In this document: one piece after another, positions 8,947 to 17,537 of the stretch
How positions within the stretch are numbered: position 1 is the first letter of the stretch
Layout: each line of letters opens with the position of its first letter
From: a virus
Lineage: Duplodnaviria > Caudoviricetes
IMG/VR virus record: IMGVR_UViG_3300009095_000049
Location: 1 to 30,299 of that record
Length of the DNA stretch: 30,299 nucleotides
Reading direction: 5' to 3' (one strand)
Program-made: the position numbers and the translations under genes
Notes under the pieces: generated by a model
What the model was told of the DNA's origin: nothing
Seen by the model: the letters and a program-made list of their open reading frames with translations, nothing else
The model's database searches: none

Positions 8947-10152
8947 CTATGCTAGCGCCCTTCGCCCGCGAGCGAAAGCGGAGAAGTTGACCACCTTGGC
9001 CAACGGTTCGTCAGAATCGTCAACCGGGGTTGACTTCACTGCCTCGCCCGCGGGCTGTTTTGTTGTCTCTGGAGCCGGTTCGACAGCGAGTGTGGCAAGC
9101 TCGGGGATCTTCGCCATGGCGTCGATCCCTAGCTCTGGCGTGGCGTTCGCCCACGCCGCATACCTCTCATAATCCTCACGGTCGTTGATGTAGATCCGCG
9201 TGGTCTTCACGTCCTCGTGGTCGAGCGCGATCTGTGCAAGCTCCCACGCGTCCCCGCGGTTCTGGTCGCTGGCCATCTGCTTCCGCTGGTTTGCGAAGGT
9301 TTTACGAAGGATGTGCCAACCATCGCTCCTGCCGCGCCAGAGGCCGGCGCGTTGCAGAAGGGGGCGGATCACCTTGTCGGGGTTGGTTATGACGAAGGTA
9401 GGCGCGAGCACTGTGGGGCGGGTGTGACCCTTGCGGGCATAGCCGGTTGCGGTGACCGCGGGGAAGACGATCCAGTGTGCATGCGGTTCGTCCACGCCTA
9501 GCTCTTTGGCGTACTGGTCCCGCCAGGCTTCCAGCACCGCCCGGAGGCGCGGTGTCAACGGCATCTGCTTGCCGAGCTTGCGGCCCTTGTTATTGTTCCA
9601 CTCAATGAAGCCTTCCTCCCAACGGATGTCGGCCCACACAAGCGGCTCCTGGTTCTCCTTGTCCCCGACGACTTCGCCGATCCGGCGACCGGTCAACCGT
9701 AGGACGAGAAGGAGGAAGTAGTTGCGCCAACACGTCTTGCGGGCGACCGTCAGCAGGTGAAGGAACTCTTCGTCGGTCAGACGCCTGTCGCGCTTGGCCT
9801 TGGCGGTGTGCCGCCGCGGCGGCAGCTCTTCGGCGTAATTCACGTCAAGCGCAAGGTGCCCCTTGCGCATCAGCCACTTGATGATGTGGCGCAGGTTCGA
9901 TCGGCGTTGCTCGTAGGCGCTGGGAGCCTTGACCGCCACGTGGTCGCGGAAGAACCCCTCCACAGCCTCCATGTTGATGTCTGTCGTCAGCGCCTCGCGA
10001 TCAAGGCTGTAGGTGGTTTCGATGTAGGCCGCGAGGGTCGAGTAGACGACCCCATAGTTCTTGACGGTGCCGGGAGCGAGGTTGCGCAGCCCGAAGAGAT
10101 CCTTCTCGTGGCGGGTGAATGCTTCACGGAGCGTGATCGGGGAGAGGTCCAT
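8947..10152 (-). CDS. int: Tyrosine recombinase / integrase
   Basis: 401 aa. Catalytic motifs TGRRIGE (R), NNKG (K), WHILRKTF (HxxR) and LDHEDVKTTRIY (H...Y). Confidence 0.92.
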   Translation of the reverse strand: MDLSPITLREAFTRHEKDLFGLRNLAPGTVKNYGVVYSTLAAYIETTYSLDREALTTDINMEAVEGFFRDHVAVKAPSAYEQRRSNLRHIIKWLMRKGHLALDVNYAEELPPRRHTAKAKRDRRLTDEEFLHLLTVARKTCWRNYFLLLVLRLTGRRIGEVVGDKENQEPLVWADIRWEEGFIEWNNNKGRKLGKQMPLTPRLRAVLEAWRDQYAKELGVDEPHAHWIVFPAVTATGYARKGHTRPTVLAPTFVITNPDKVIRPLLQRAGLWRGRSDGWHILRKTFANQRKQMASDQNRGDAWELAQIALDHEDVKTTRIYINDREDYERYAAWANATPELGIDAMAKIPELATLAVEPAPETTKQPAGEAVKSTPVDDSDEPLAKVVNFSAFARGRRALA

Positions 10153-10267
10153 TGCGTGAGCTTCCTGGGTTTTTGGTTACTCTCTGTATACCCAGGCCAC
10201 GAACGGAATAATCTTGGACGATTGGGAGTCACATCTTATCCCGTGGTGTCGGCCTGATGGGAACAAA

Positions 10268-10297
10268 ACCTTAAGACTCTTTGACGGATCTCGTCAA
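10268..10297 (-). promoter_or_regulatory. Putative sigma70-type promoter for the integrase, with an overlapping inverted repeat
   Basis: Minus strand TTGACG-18nt-TAAGGT. The -35 is one arm of TTGACG-GATCT-CGTCAA (10281-10297). Confidence 0.5.
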
Positions 10298-10588
10298 CCG
10301 ATTCCCGATATCACGCCGAGCGGCGGCGCGGCAAGGGACAACACGGGCGAACGATCGCCGGCTTCGCCGGCTCGGGGCGAGAGGAAAGATAGTCACTCTG
10401 AGCAGCACTAACGTAACGTTACGTAGTCGTGATGTTTAGACCCGATTCGATCGGGTTACTACCTATATAGGCGCCGCAGGCGCCCGAACTGGCCGGCTGG
10501 AGCCGGCCCATCGATCGATGGATGGATGGCAGCCCTAAGAGGCTGCCCGATCGAACGATTTCGAACGTTTAAGGACACTTGTGTCTAT

Positions 10589-10617
10589 GGCGGAGCCTTC
10601 GGGCTCCGCCCTTTTTC
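10589..10617 (+). terminator. Intrinsic terminator-like hairpin
   Basis: GGCGGAGCC-TTCG-GGCTCCGCC-CTTTTT: 9-bp stem, UUCG loop and U-tract. Confidence 0.65.
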
Positions 10618-10910
10618 GTGTCTATGGGCAGGCTCCGCCTGCCGTGACGAACGATCGATTCTTCCCTTACCTCCCTCTCGTCAAACCACGCGAAGCGTGG
10701 TTACTGACCAGTAGAAAAATCTTGACTTCAAGGTCTGGACATCCCGGACATAGCTTGCTTTCTCGCTGGTCACAGACGTAGCATCGATATCACTCGCTTC
10801 GGGGGAAGCATCTCAACCCTGACTGACGGTAACAAAACCGTTACGCAGGGTTACCGATGTCTCGTCGTGGGTAAAACCCTGGTAAATGCTCACATCGGGG
10901 GTTCCCGCCT

Positions 10911-11819
10911 ATGCTCACGCTCGCGCTCGAACGGCTCTCCTATTCGACTTTGGCCAAGCATGACGCTTGCCCGAAGAAGCTCTATCTGACGAAGGCGGCC
11001 GGCTACAAGGGGCTGCCCTCATGGGCGGGCGTCGGCGGTCGCGCGTTTCACAAGCTCGCCGAGGTCTACGACCGTGAGGGTTGCGTCCCGTGGGATGACG
11101 AGACGTGGCGACAGACGGCATCGGCGGTCTTCATGGGAGAGATCGCGAGCGAGATCGACAAGACCGCGGTGCCCTCCGACGAGTGGCGCGTCTCTGGTCG
11201 CGCCTCGAAGGCGTGGCCGAACCGCGAAGACCGCGCATGGTGGGATCATCACCTGCCCGAGATGGGCAAGGCTTACGCCGCCTGGCGGGCGGCACATCCC
11301 GAGCTGTCGCTGTGGATCACCCCCGATGGGGAAGAGGCGATAGAGCTAGAGATCAAGGTCGAGATCCCCGGTGTGGAGGCTCCCTTTCTCGCTTTCATTG
11401 ATCGCATCTTCATGGACTCCTCGCGCGCCGGCTCGCTGCTGATCCGGGATCTCAAGTCAGGCAGCAGGCCGGTTGAGGACCTGTCGCAGCTCGTCACGTA
11501 CGCCTCGCTGACGGAGGTCCGTTACCGGGTTCGGCCCGCCTTCGGTGCCATCTACAGCGCCCGAAAGGGCGCTCTTCAGCCCGTGTTCAAGGACGGGCGC
11601 GAGATCATGAGTCTCGCTCACATTTCGACAGACACATGGATCAAGGGCGTTCAGCAGAGGGAAGCCCTCATTGCGACCGGCTCTTTCCCTTCGCGCCCTG
11701 GTCGTCATTGCTCGTGGTGCGACGTGGCAAAGGCGTGCGTCTGGGGCAAGGGCTCCGAGGCGTATCGCTACGATCCGGATCATCCGGCATATCGCGGTGA
11801 CTTCGCTCTGGCTGTCTAG
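10911..11819 (+). CDS. Cas4/RecB-family PD-(D/E)XK exonuclease
   Basis: LSYS...ACPKK, GRAFH, FIDRI, IRDLKSG, QLVTY and C-terminal CSWCDVAKAC (four-Cys Fe-S staple pattern). Confidence 0.85.
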   Translation: MLTLALERLSYSTLAKHDACPKKLYLTKAAGYKGLPSWAGVGGRAFHKLAEVYDREGCVPWDDETWRQTASAVFMGEIASEIDKTAVPSDEWRVSGRASKAWPNREDRAWWDHHLPEMGKAYAAWRAAHPELSLWITPDGEEAIELEIKVEIPGVEAPFLAFIDRIFMDSSRAGSLLIRDLKSGSRPVEDLSQLVTYASLTEVRYRVRPAFGAIYSARKGALQPVFKDGREIMSLAHISTDTWIKGVQQREALIATGSFPSRPGRHCSWCDVAKACVWGKGSEAYRYDPDHPAYRGDFALAV

Positions 11820-12025
11820 CCGACAATGCCCCTTCCGAGTGAAGGGGCGAGAATTTCAGCCACTTTCACAGGCTTAGTGTATTTCGGTATACCCCGACGC
11901 CTTCAGCGTCTCAGATTTCAGCTAGAAAACACTAAAGGGACAGCTCAATGACTTGGCGGTCGTCCATCCCTCTAGTGATCAACTCGGGAGCCTTCGGCTT
12001 CCTCGTATCATCAGGAGAATATCAC

Positions 12026-12496
12026 TTGGACGGCTTCGGAATCCAGGTAAGTTTCAAGACACCGAATGACACGTTGGTCAACGTAAGGGGTAGCGACCCC
12101 ACAGAGTTCGATCTTCACCTGTCACACGCTGTTGAGAAGGTCGAGCAGATCCACGCGGCGGAGGCCGCGTTCAAGGGGCTGGCTCCGCAGGATCTTCAGC
12201 AGGCCGCGGCCACCGTTCAGGCTGTCATGCCTGGCACAACCGTTGTCGGCGACCAGCCGGCGCCTGGTCCCATTGCTCAGATCCCACAGCAGGTTGCGCA
12301 GCAGTACGCGCCCGTACAGCAGGCGTATCAGCAGACGCATTGCCAGCGCTGCATGCAGAGCCCCGTGTGCAAGACATGCCAGATGCCCGCACAGATCGTG
12401 CCGAGGTCCATCAAGGACGGCCAGTACTACATCCATGACTGCCCTAGCGGCTCGCGAGATCACAAGGGCTCATGGTGCAACGTGCCTAAGTCGTAG
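12026..12496 (+). CDS. Hypothetical replication-region protein with a Cys-rich C-terminus
   Basis: AGGAG SD before TTG 12026 (the track starts it at 11948). Q/A/P-rich linker, then CxxC...CxxC...C...C. Confidence 0.65.
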   Translation: MDGFGIQVSFKTPNDTLVNVRGSDPTEFDLHLSHAVEKVEQIHAAEAAFKGLAPQDLQQAAATVQAVMPGTTVVGDQPAPGPIAQIPQQVAQQYAPVQQAYQQTHCQRCMQSPVCKTCQMPAQIVPRSIKDGQYYIHDCPSGSRDHKGSWCNVPKS

Positions 12497-12498
12497 GT

Positions 12499-13335
12499 TT
12501 GCTCTCACTCCATCGTTCCCTTGATGGAGACCTGTCGGCCGGCGAAGCCCTGCCGACCGTCTATCAGGCGCTAGAAGATCACGACATCCGCTTTCACCGG
12601 TCCACGGTCGCCATGACCGCGGGCCGGCCTGGCGGCGGCAAATCCATCTTCGCGCTTGACCATGCCATCAAGGCTGAAGTGCCCACGCTCTATGTCTCCT
12701 GTGACATGAGCCGCTTCCAGCTCGCCACGCGCGCCGCATCGGCGCTCACTGGCGACCCCATCTCTGTAGTGAAAGAGAACCTGAATGGTACTGGTCGTGA
12801 GAAGTACCGGGCCGCCCTGAAAAAGGCGGACCACCTTTTTTTGGCTCTAGAGAAGCGGCCTGACGCCGAAGCTCTAGAGGACGTGTTGAACGCCTTCCAT
12901 GAGAGATGGGGGATACCCCCGCATCTTGTGGTGATCGACAACCTAATGAATCTCCTATCCGGTGCCGATAACGAATGGGCCGGCCTTCGGGAGATGTCTC
13001 ATGTTGCCGATTTCTTCGCCCATGAGTTGGGCGCCTGCGTTCATTTGCTGCACCACATCAACATCAATGATGCGCTTGATCGTCCTGCCCCCATGAACAA
13101 TGTCAAGGGGAAGGTCGTCGAGCTGCCCTCGCTCATTCTGAGCGTCGCAAAAACAGACGAAGAATTTCGCTTCGCAGCGGTTAAGAACCGGGAAGGGCGG
13201 GAAGACCCTATGGCACAGAGTTACGGACGCTTGAGGCTCGATCCTCAAACCCTGACTCTCTCCGATCTGACACCCCAATGGCCTTACGGCCCGGCTCCCA
13301 ACGCCCCTATGGGCAATTGGTCGCTGGCCGCATGA
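12499..13335 (+). CDS. DnaB-like helicase (RecA-fold ATPase)
   Basis: Walker A GRPGGGKS, SCDMS, Walker B VVIDN, LLHH and VKNREG. Confidence 0.85.
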   Translation: MLSLHRSLDGDLSAGEALPTVYQALEDHDIRFHRSTVAMTAGRPGGGKSIFALDHAIKAEVPTLYVSCDMSRFQLATRAASALTGDPISVVKENLNGTGREKYRAALKKADHLFLALEKRPDAEALEDVLNAFHERWGIPPHLVVIDNLMNLLSGADNEWAGLREMSHVADFFAHELGACVHLLHHININDALDRPAPMNNVKGKVVELPSLILSVAKTDEEFRFAAVKNREGREDPMAQSYGRLRLDPQTLTLSDLTPQWPYGPAPNAPMGNWSLAA

Positions 13336-13583
13336 GGGTCACGTGTGGTGGTTGCTCGAAAGAATGGGGCGGCCTGCGTGCCGCGCATTGTTCGGGCTGC
13401 CATCGAACTTTCGTTTCCCCTAATGCTTTCGATCGACATCAGGCATTCAAGCGCTTTGGCGCGCGGTGTCTGGAGCCTGCGACGGTTGGGCTCGTCTACG
13501 AGAAGGCGAAAGACCTGTATCGCTTCATGACCCCCGAAGAGGAAAGGGATTCCCATGATCTGCGACCCGTGCAAGAGCGGTAA
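13332..13583 (+). CDS. Phage zinc-binding protein (FDxH[R/Q] type)
   Basis: CGGC...WGG...AHCSGCHRTF...AFDRHQ...C. ATGA overlap. Confidence 0.7.
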   Translation: MRVTCGGCSKEWGGLRAAHCSGCHRTFVSPNAFDRHQAFKRFGARCLEPATVGLVYEKAKDLYRFMTPEEERDSHDLRPVQER

Positions 13584-13698
13584 CCACTGCGGCCAGACGG
13601 GCACGTTCTGTACGTGCCAGCACAAGCCGAAGGCGCAAACTCTGAAGCCTGCCGGCATTGAAAGCGGCGAAGTCGTAGGCGATCTCGGTGGTAAGTAG
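13555..13698 (+). CDS. Small Cys-rich hypothetical protein (47 aa, not in the ORF track)
   Basis: MICDPCKSGNHCGQTGTFCTCQHKP...GGK*. AAAGGG upstream; fills the operon gap. Confidence 0.55.
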   Translation: MICDPCKSGNHCGQTGTFCTCQHKPKAQTLKPAGIESGEVVGDLGGK

Positions 13699-14053
13699 GG
13701 CGTACGCCAAGGCCAAGGGTCGCGAGGCTGAAACCCGAGTGGCGCAGGCATACCGAGAAGACGGCTATACGGAAGCCGACAGGCGCGTTCGGAACGGCAA
13801 GTTCGACCGTGGCGACATTGGCGGCGTGCCCTGCGTGGCCACCGAAGTGAAGGCCGAAGCGTCTTACGCCGGCAAGCTCTCGGGCTGGCTCGCCGAGGCC
13901 GAGGCCGAGAGACAGAACGCCGGCGCTGCGCTCGGTGTCGTCTGGCACAAGAGGAAAGGCACCACCGACCCGCGGGAGTGGTACGTAACCATGACGGGGG
14001 CAACGTGGCTGACAGTGCTGAAGGGCTATCTGAGCTTCAACAGCTTGAACTAG
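13688..14053 (+). CDS. Holliday junction resolvase (Hjc-like, actinophage type)
   Basis: KAKGREAET, DRGDIGG, EVK and VVWHKRKG. Confidence 0.8.
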   Translation: MVSRAYAKAKGREAETRVAQAYREDGYTEADRRVRNGKFDRGDIGGVPCVATEVKAEASYAGKLSGWLAEAEAERQNAGAALGVVWHKRKGTTDPREWYVTMTGATWLTVLKGYLSFNSLN

Positions 14054-14070
14054 CCCTAGACGAGGAGAAG

Positions 14071-14361
14071 ATGCCGCCGAACGCGAAGAAGCTTCTCCGT
14101 ATAGCGGAGGAAGAGGATTGGCGGATCGGCCCTGTCTCTCTCGTTGCTCGTCTCGACAAAGAGGGCGCACAGCCCTTTTTCGCGAGGTGGGATTTCAGGC
14201 ATGGTAAATGGTCGTTCGCGATGTGCCGGGCTCTCAGCCCGGTAGGGCATGGGCTCGTCAAACTGACGATTCGTGACGCCTTCATCTACCTGAAAGACCC
14301 GACAGTGATATACCCCGAAGATCCACAAGGCTTGCCAGCGGCAAGCAATGTAAGTGATTAA
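14071..14361 (+). CDS. Hypothetical protein
   Basis: GAGGAG SD before ATG 14071. Confidence 0.6.
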   Translation: MPPNAKKLLRIAEEEDWRIGPVSLVARLDKEGAQPFFARWDFRHGKWSFAMCRALSPVGHGLVKLTIRDAFIYLKDPTVIYPEDPQGLPAASNVSD

Positions 14362-14391
14362 ACGAAGTCTAATCACCAGAGGAGAACGATA

Positions 14392-14649
14392 ATGGCTAAG
14401 GCGGTTGCCGAGACGGTCACCAAGACCGTTCAGAAGGAAGTGGAAGAGAAGGTCATCACCCTTCAGCTTTCCGAGGACGAGGCTCGGAGCATCTTCGCTT
14501 TTGGCGGGGAGATGAACCTAGACGTTGGGGCCGGCAAGCACGTGTTCGATATCCGTCAGGCGCTCGCCAAGCACATTCCCTACACCTATTTTCGCGACCG
14601 TTTCGACATCAGGAACGGCGAGCTTCGCGCCAAGCCCATCAACATCTAG
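14392..14649 (+). CDS. Hypothetical protein, paralog 1 of 3
   Basis: GAGGAG SD. Contains VITLQLSEDEA. Confidence 0.75.
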   Translation: MAKAVAETVTKTVQKEVEEKVITLQLSEDEARSIFAFGGEMNLDVGAGKHVFDIRQALAKHIPYTYFRDRFDIRNGELRAKPINI

Positions 14650-14667
14650 CAGAACCGGAGAATAGAT

Positions 14668-14946
14668 ATGGCTACCGCCAAGCAGGACGTTGTTACCAAG
14701 GTCGTTACCGAGCGGGTTCCGGAAGACGTGATCGTTCTCACCCTCTCCAAGAGGGAGGCGCGAGCGTTGTACGCGCTGGCGCGGTGGGTTTTCGGAGTTT
14801 CGGGGACCTACGCGAGAGAGGTTTACAGCATCCGGAGTGCCCTCGCTTTCACGAACAAGCTCGGCCATGTGAGCCGTCTCGACTTCTTCAAGATCGATGA
14901 AGACGGCGACCTCGAAGCGAAGCCGTACCTTCCCGAAGACAAGTAA
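14668..14946 (+). CDS. Hypothetical protein, paralog 2 of 3
   Basis: GGAG SD. Contains VIVLTLSKREA. Confidence 0.75.
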   Translation: MATAKQDVVTKVVTERVPEDVIVLTLSKREARALYALARWVFGVSGTYAREVYSIRSALAFTNKLGHVSRLDFFKIDEDGDLEAKPYLPEDK

Positions 14947-14975
14947 CTCCCTTCGAAACCCCTCTAAGGAGAATC

Positions 14976-15242
14976 ATGGCTACCGCTATCGCCAAGGTCG
15001 AGACGAAGACCGTTGAGAAGCAGGTTCGGGAGAAGGTTTACCGGCTCGAACTGACCGAGCTGGAAGCGAAGGTACTGCTGTATACGGTCGGTTCGGTCGG
15101 CGGCGACCGGCGCAAGAGCTACCGGCGAGAGACGGACAACATCTTTGCGGCCCTGCGTACGGCCGGCGTGCCCGACGACTATGCGACCAGGTACATGGAC
15201 GGCTCTCTGACGGCTGCCGGCCACAGGGCGGGTGACGCATGA
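14976..15242 (+). CDS. Hypothetical protein, paralog 3 of 3
   Basis: AAGGAG SD. Contains VYRLELTELEA. Confidence 0.75.
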   Translation: MATAIAKVETKTVEKQVREKVYRLELTELEAKVLLYTVGSVGGDRRKSYRRETDNIFAALRTAGVPDDYATRYMDGSLTAAGHRAGDA

Positions 15243-15709
15243 CTCTGGTCGAGATCCTGGAGAAGTCGAAGGCGTTCCTAGAGGCGAACGCCTGGGGCCA
15301 GACGGTTGACAGGGCAGAGGAGAAGGGCGCCCCTGACGGGTTCAAGTACTGCGCACAAGGCGCCATCGCTTACGGCGCCTTCGGCGGTGCCGGGTACTGC
15401 GTGAGCCAAGCCTACTTCCACGAGGGCGACTGCGACCTTGACGAGTACGACGACTGTCTTCGCGAATCTTCAGAGGACCTGACCGAACCGTTCGGGAAGG
15501 CTCGCGAGCTTCTGAGCGAGTTGACGCGAGAAATCACCGGCAAGTCTTACGTTGGCCTCACCTGGTACAACGACCAGCTAGAGCGGACGAAGGAAGACAT
15601 GCTCGCCCTCTTCGATAAGGCCATCGAGCGGGCGCGGGGATCGGAACAGAGTTCCGTCCCTGCCAGTGAGGAATCTGCGATTCCTCCCAGGAAGGCGGAG
15701 CAGGCATGA
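15239..15709 (+). CDS. DUF6197-like hypothetical protein
   Basis: WGQ...YCAQGAI...WYNDQLERTKEDMLALFDKA pattern. ATGA overlap. Confidence 0.55.
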   Translation: MTLVEILEKSKAFLEANAWGQTVDRAEEKGAPDGFKYCAQGAIAYGAFGGAGYCVSQAYFHEGDCDLDEYDDCLRESSEDLTEPFGKARELLSELTREITGKSYVGLTWYNDQLERTKEDMLALFDKAIERARGSEQSSVPASEESAIPPRKAEQA

Positions 15710-16062
15710 CCACTTACGAGCTGATCTCCGGCCATCTGCACCGGAATGTGAACGGCAAAGACTGCTTCTGCGCTCTCGGCATCTACGCCAAGGAAAAGGG
15801 TTACTCGATCGAGGAGATCAACGACAGGCGTTACAACCTCTTCGCTGAGCCGAAGCACAGCGAAGACATTCGCAAGATGAACGAGATCCTAGCGGCCTAC
15901 GTGTCTGAACGCGGTTACGTGGACGACTGCACAGGGGTGCTCATCGCCAACGACAACAACGAGAACGGGATCTACACGACGCCTCCCGAGAAGATCCGGG
16001 AAGCCCTGCGGGCGGTCGGCATCGATGTCGAGCTGATCGACAGGCGGGGCCGTGACTTCTGA
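15706..16062 (+). CDS. Hypothetical protein
   Basis: ATGA overlap. CFCALG and ANDN motifs. Confidence 0.7.
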   Translation: MTTYELISGHLHRNVNGKDCFCALGIYAKEKGYSIEEINDRRYNLFAEPKHSEDIRKMNEILAAYVSERGYVDDCTGVLIANDNNENGIYTTPPEKIREALRAVGIDVELIDRRGRDF

Positions 16063-16243
16063 CGAAGGCGTTCAGCGCTACATCGCGCTAAAGAAGGCTG
16101 TTCTCGCCAACATGCGACGGATTCAAAACGAGTTGGCGCGCATGGACGCCTTGACATCGGAAGGCCGAAGCTTCGCTCTTCGGCGGATTCAGGTCATCCT
16201 TGACGACCCGTTCGCATCCAATGGACCTACGGCCAGTCCTTGA
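16052..16243 (+). CDS. Hypothetical protein
   Basis: 63 aa, coiled-coil-like, fills the operon gap. Confidence 0.5.
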   Translation: MTSDEGVQRYIALKKAVLANMRRIQNELARMDALTSEGRSFALRRIQVILDDPFASNGPTASP

Positions 16244-16643
16244 CGCCTACGACGTTGAGTATCGGGGATCGGGCAACCATGTCATCAGGTGCCCTTTCCC
16301 CGATCATGACGAGCGTAACGCGAGCTTTAGCGTAGATCCCTCTAGGGGGATCTGGTTCTGTCACTCGTGCCCATCGGAGCCGCAAGGCGGCGGGGTGTTC
16401 GACTTCATCCAACGCATGGAGGGCTGTTCTCGTGAGGACGCTAGACGACGAGCGGTTGACCTGGTTGGAGGAGACGTGTCGCGACTACGAGATAGCTCTG
16501 ATGGAGACGGAGGCGGCAGCCTCCTACCTGGATGGGCGAGGCGTAAGCACGGCATCAAGGGACCGGTACAGGCTCGGCGTGGTGGTCGATCCTCCCGCGG
16601 AACATCGCAGCGTCGCCGGCAGGCTGGCTATCCCCACCCTTAA
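16221..16643 (+). CDS. DNA primase, CHC2 zinc-finger part
   Basis: CPFPDHDERNASFSV...WFCHSC...GGVFDFIQRMEG. Confidence 0.8.
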   Translation: MDLRPVLDAYDVEYRGSGNHVIRCPFPDHDERNASFSVDPSRGIWFCHSCPSEPQGGGVFDFIQRMEGCSREDARRRAVDLVGGDVSRLRDSSDGDGGGSLLPGWARRKHGIKGPVQARRGGRSSRGTSQRRRQAGYPHP

Positions 16644-17115
16644 GCGGGTGGGGGTGGTCGGCTTCAAGTTCCGATGCATCCGGGCCGAGTGCATGGGCAC
16701 CGGCGAGGACGACGAGCGTCATGAGGGTCACGGCAAGTACCAGACGTTCGAGCCACAGGCGCTCTACAACGTTGCCGCTCTCGACAACGACCAGGGCTAT
16801 ATAGCCCTGGCGGAGGGTGAGCTTGATGCGATCACTCTTGAGGGAGAGTGCGGCATTCCAGCCGTGGGGCTGGTGGGAGTCAATTCATGGCACTTGCATT
16901 ATTACGGGCTGCTGAAGGATTTTCCTCGCATCTACATTTTTGAGGATAAGGACCCTTCGGGGATTGGCGAGTCATTCGGCGAGTTCCTTGCCGGCAAATT
17001 CGACCAGGCCATTCGGGTACAGCTTCCCGTCGTGGAGGAAGGAAGGAAGTCGGATGTGAACCGTGTGTTTCGCGCCCGTGGGCGCGACTTCGTTCGCGGA
17101 CTGATTGGGCTGTGA
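16432..17115 (+). CDS. DNA primase, TOPRIM catalytic part
   Basis: YLDGRG, GRLAIP, KFR, AEGELDAI, EDKDPSG and KSDVN. Confidence 0.85.
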   Translation: MRTLDDERLTWLEETCRDYEIALMETEAAASYLDGRGVSTASRDRYRLGVVVDPPAEHRSVAGRLAIPTLKRVGVVGFKFRCIRAECMGTGEDDERHEGHGKYQTFEPQALYNVAALDNDQGYIALAEGELDAITLEGECGIPAVGLVGVNSWHLHYYGLLKDFPRIYIFEDKDPSGIGESFGEFLAGKFDQAIRVQLPVVEEGRKSDVNRVFRARGRDFVRGLIGL

Positions 17116-17119
17116 TGGT

Positions 17120-17296
17120 ATGGACAGTGTATGGCACGTCAGTGCAGAGGATTGTACGGGTAATCAATCCTTCAGCCGCTATTACGGTTCCCGTGAATGG
17201 GCGGCACGGAAGGTCTTCCAGCTCAAACGCGATAAGCAAGTCTCCAGTGTCGGGTTCAGAGTTCTACGAGGAAAGTGGGAAGACTGCGATGAGTAA
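17120..17296 (+). CDS. Hypothetical protein
   Basis: Fills the gap between primase and the next ORF; overlaps the downstream start. Confidence 0.5.
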   Translation: MDSVWHVSAEDCTGNQSFSRYYGSREWAARKVFQLKRDKQVSSVGFRVLRGKWEDCDE

Positions 17297-17534
17297 CAAG
17301 AGCATCTATCTCAATCAGGGCGGCGACTTCGACTTCAACGTGTCGAAGGTGATCCTGCCTGACGACACCGAGCGGTTCACGGTCGGTTTCAGGGGTTCCG
17401 TCATCACGCACGAGCGCCCATGGGCTGAGGCTTCCGCCGCGGTCGAGAAGTTCCGCGACGAGCTGGAAACGGCCTTTGAGGCGCTCGTGCAGATTAGCAC
17501 CCTGAGGCCCGTGGGCGTCCACGAGGAGAGCTGA
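17289..17534 (+). CDS. Hypothetical protein
   Basis: GGGAAG before ATG 17289 (MSNKSIYL...). Confidence 0.6.
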   Translation: MSNKSIYLNQGGDFDFNVSKVILPDDTERFTVGFRGSVITHERPWAEASAAVEKFRDELETAFEALVQISTLRPVGVHEES

Positions 17535-17537
17535 TAC

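Noticed and set aside
10722-10756. TTGACT...TAGCTT as the rightward promoter
   Set aside because: The spacer is 23 nt, too long for a sigma70-type promoter.
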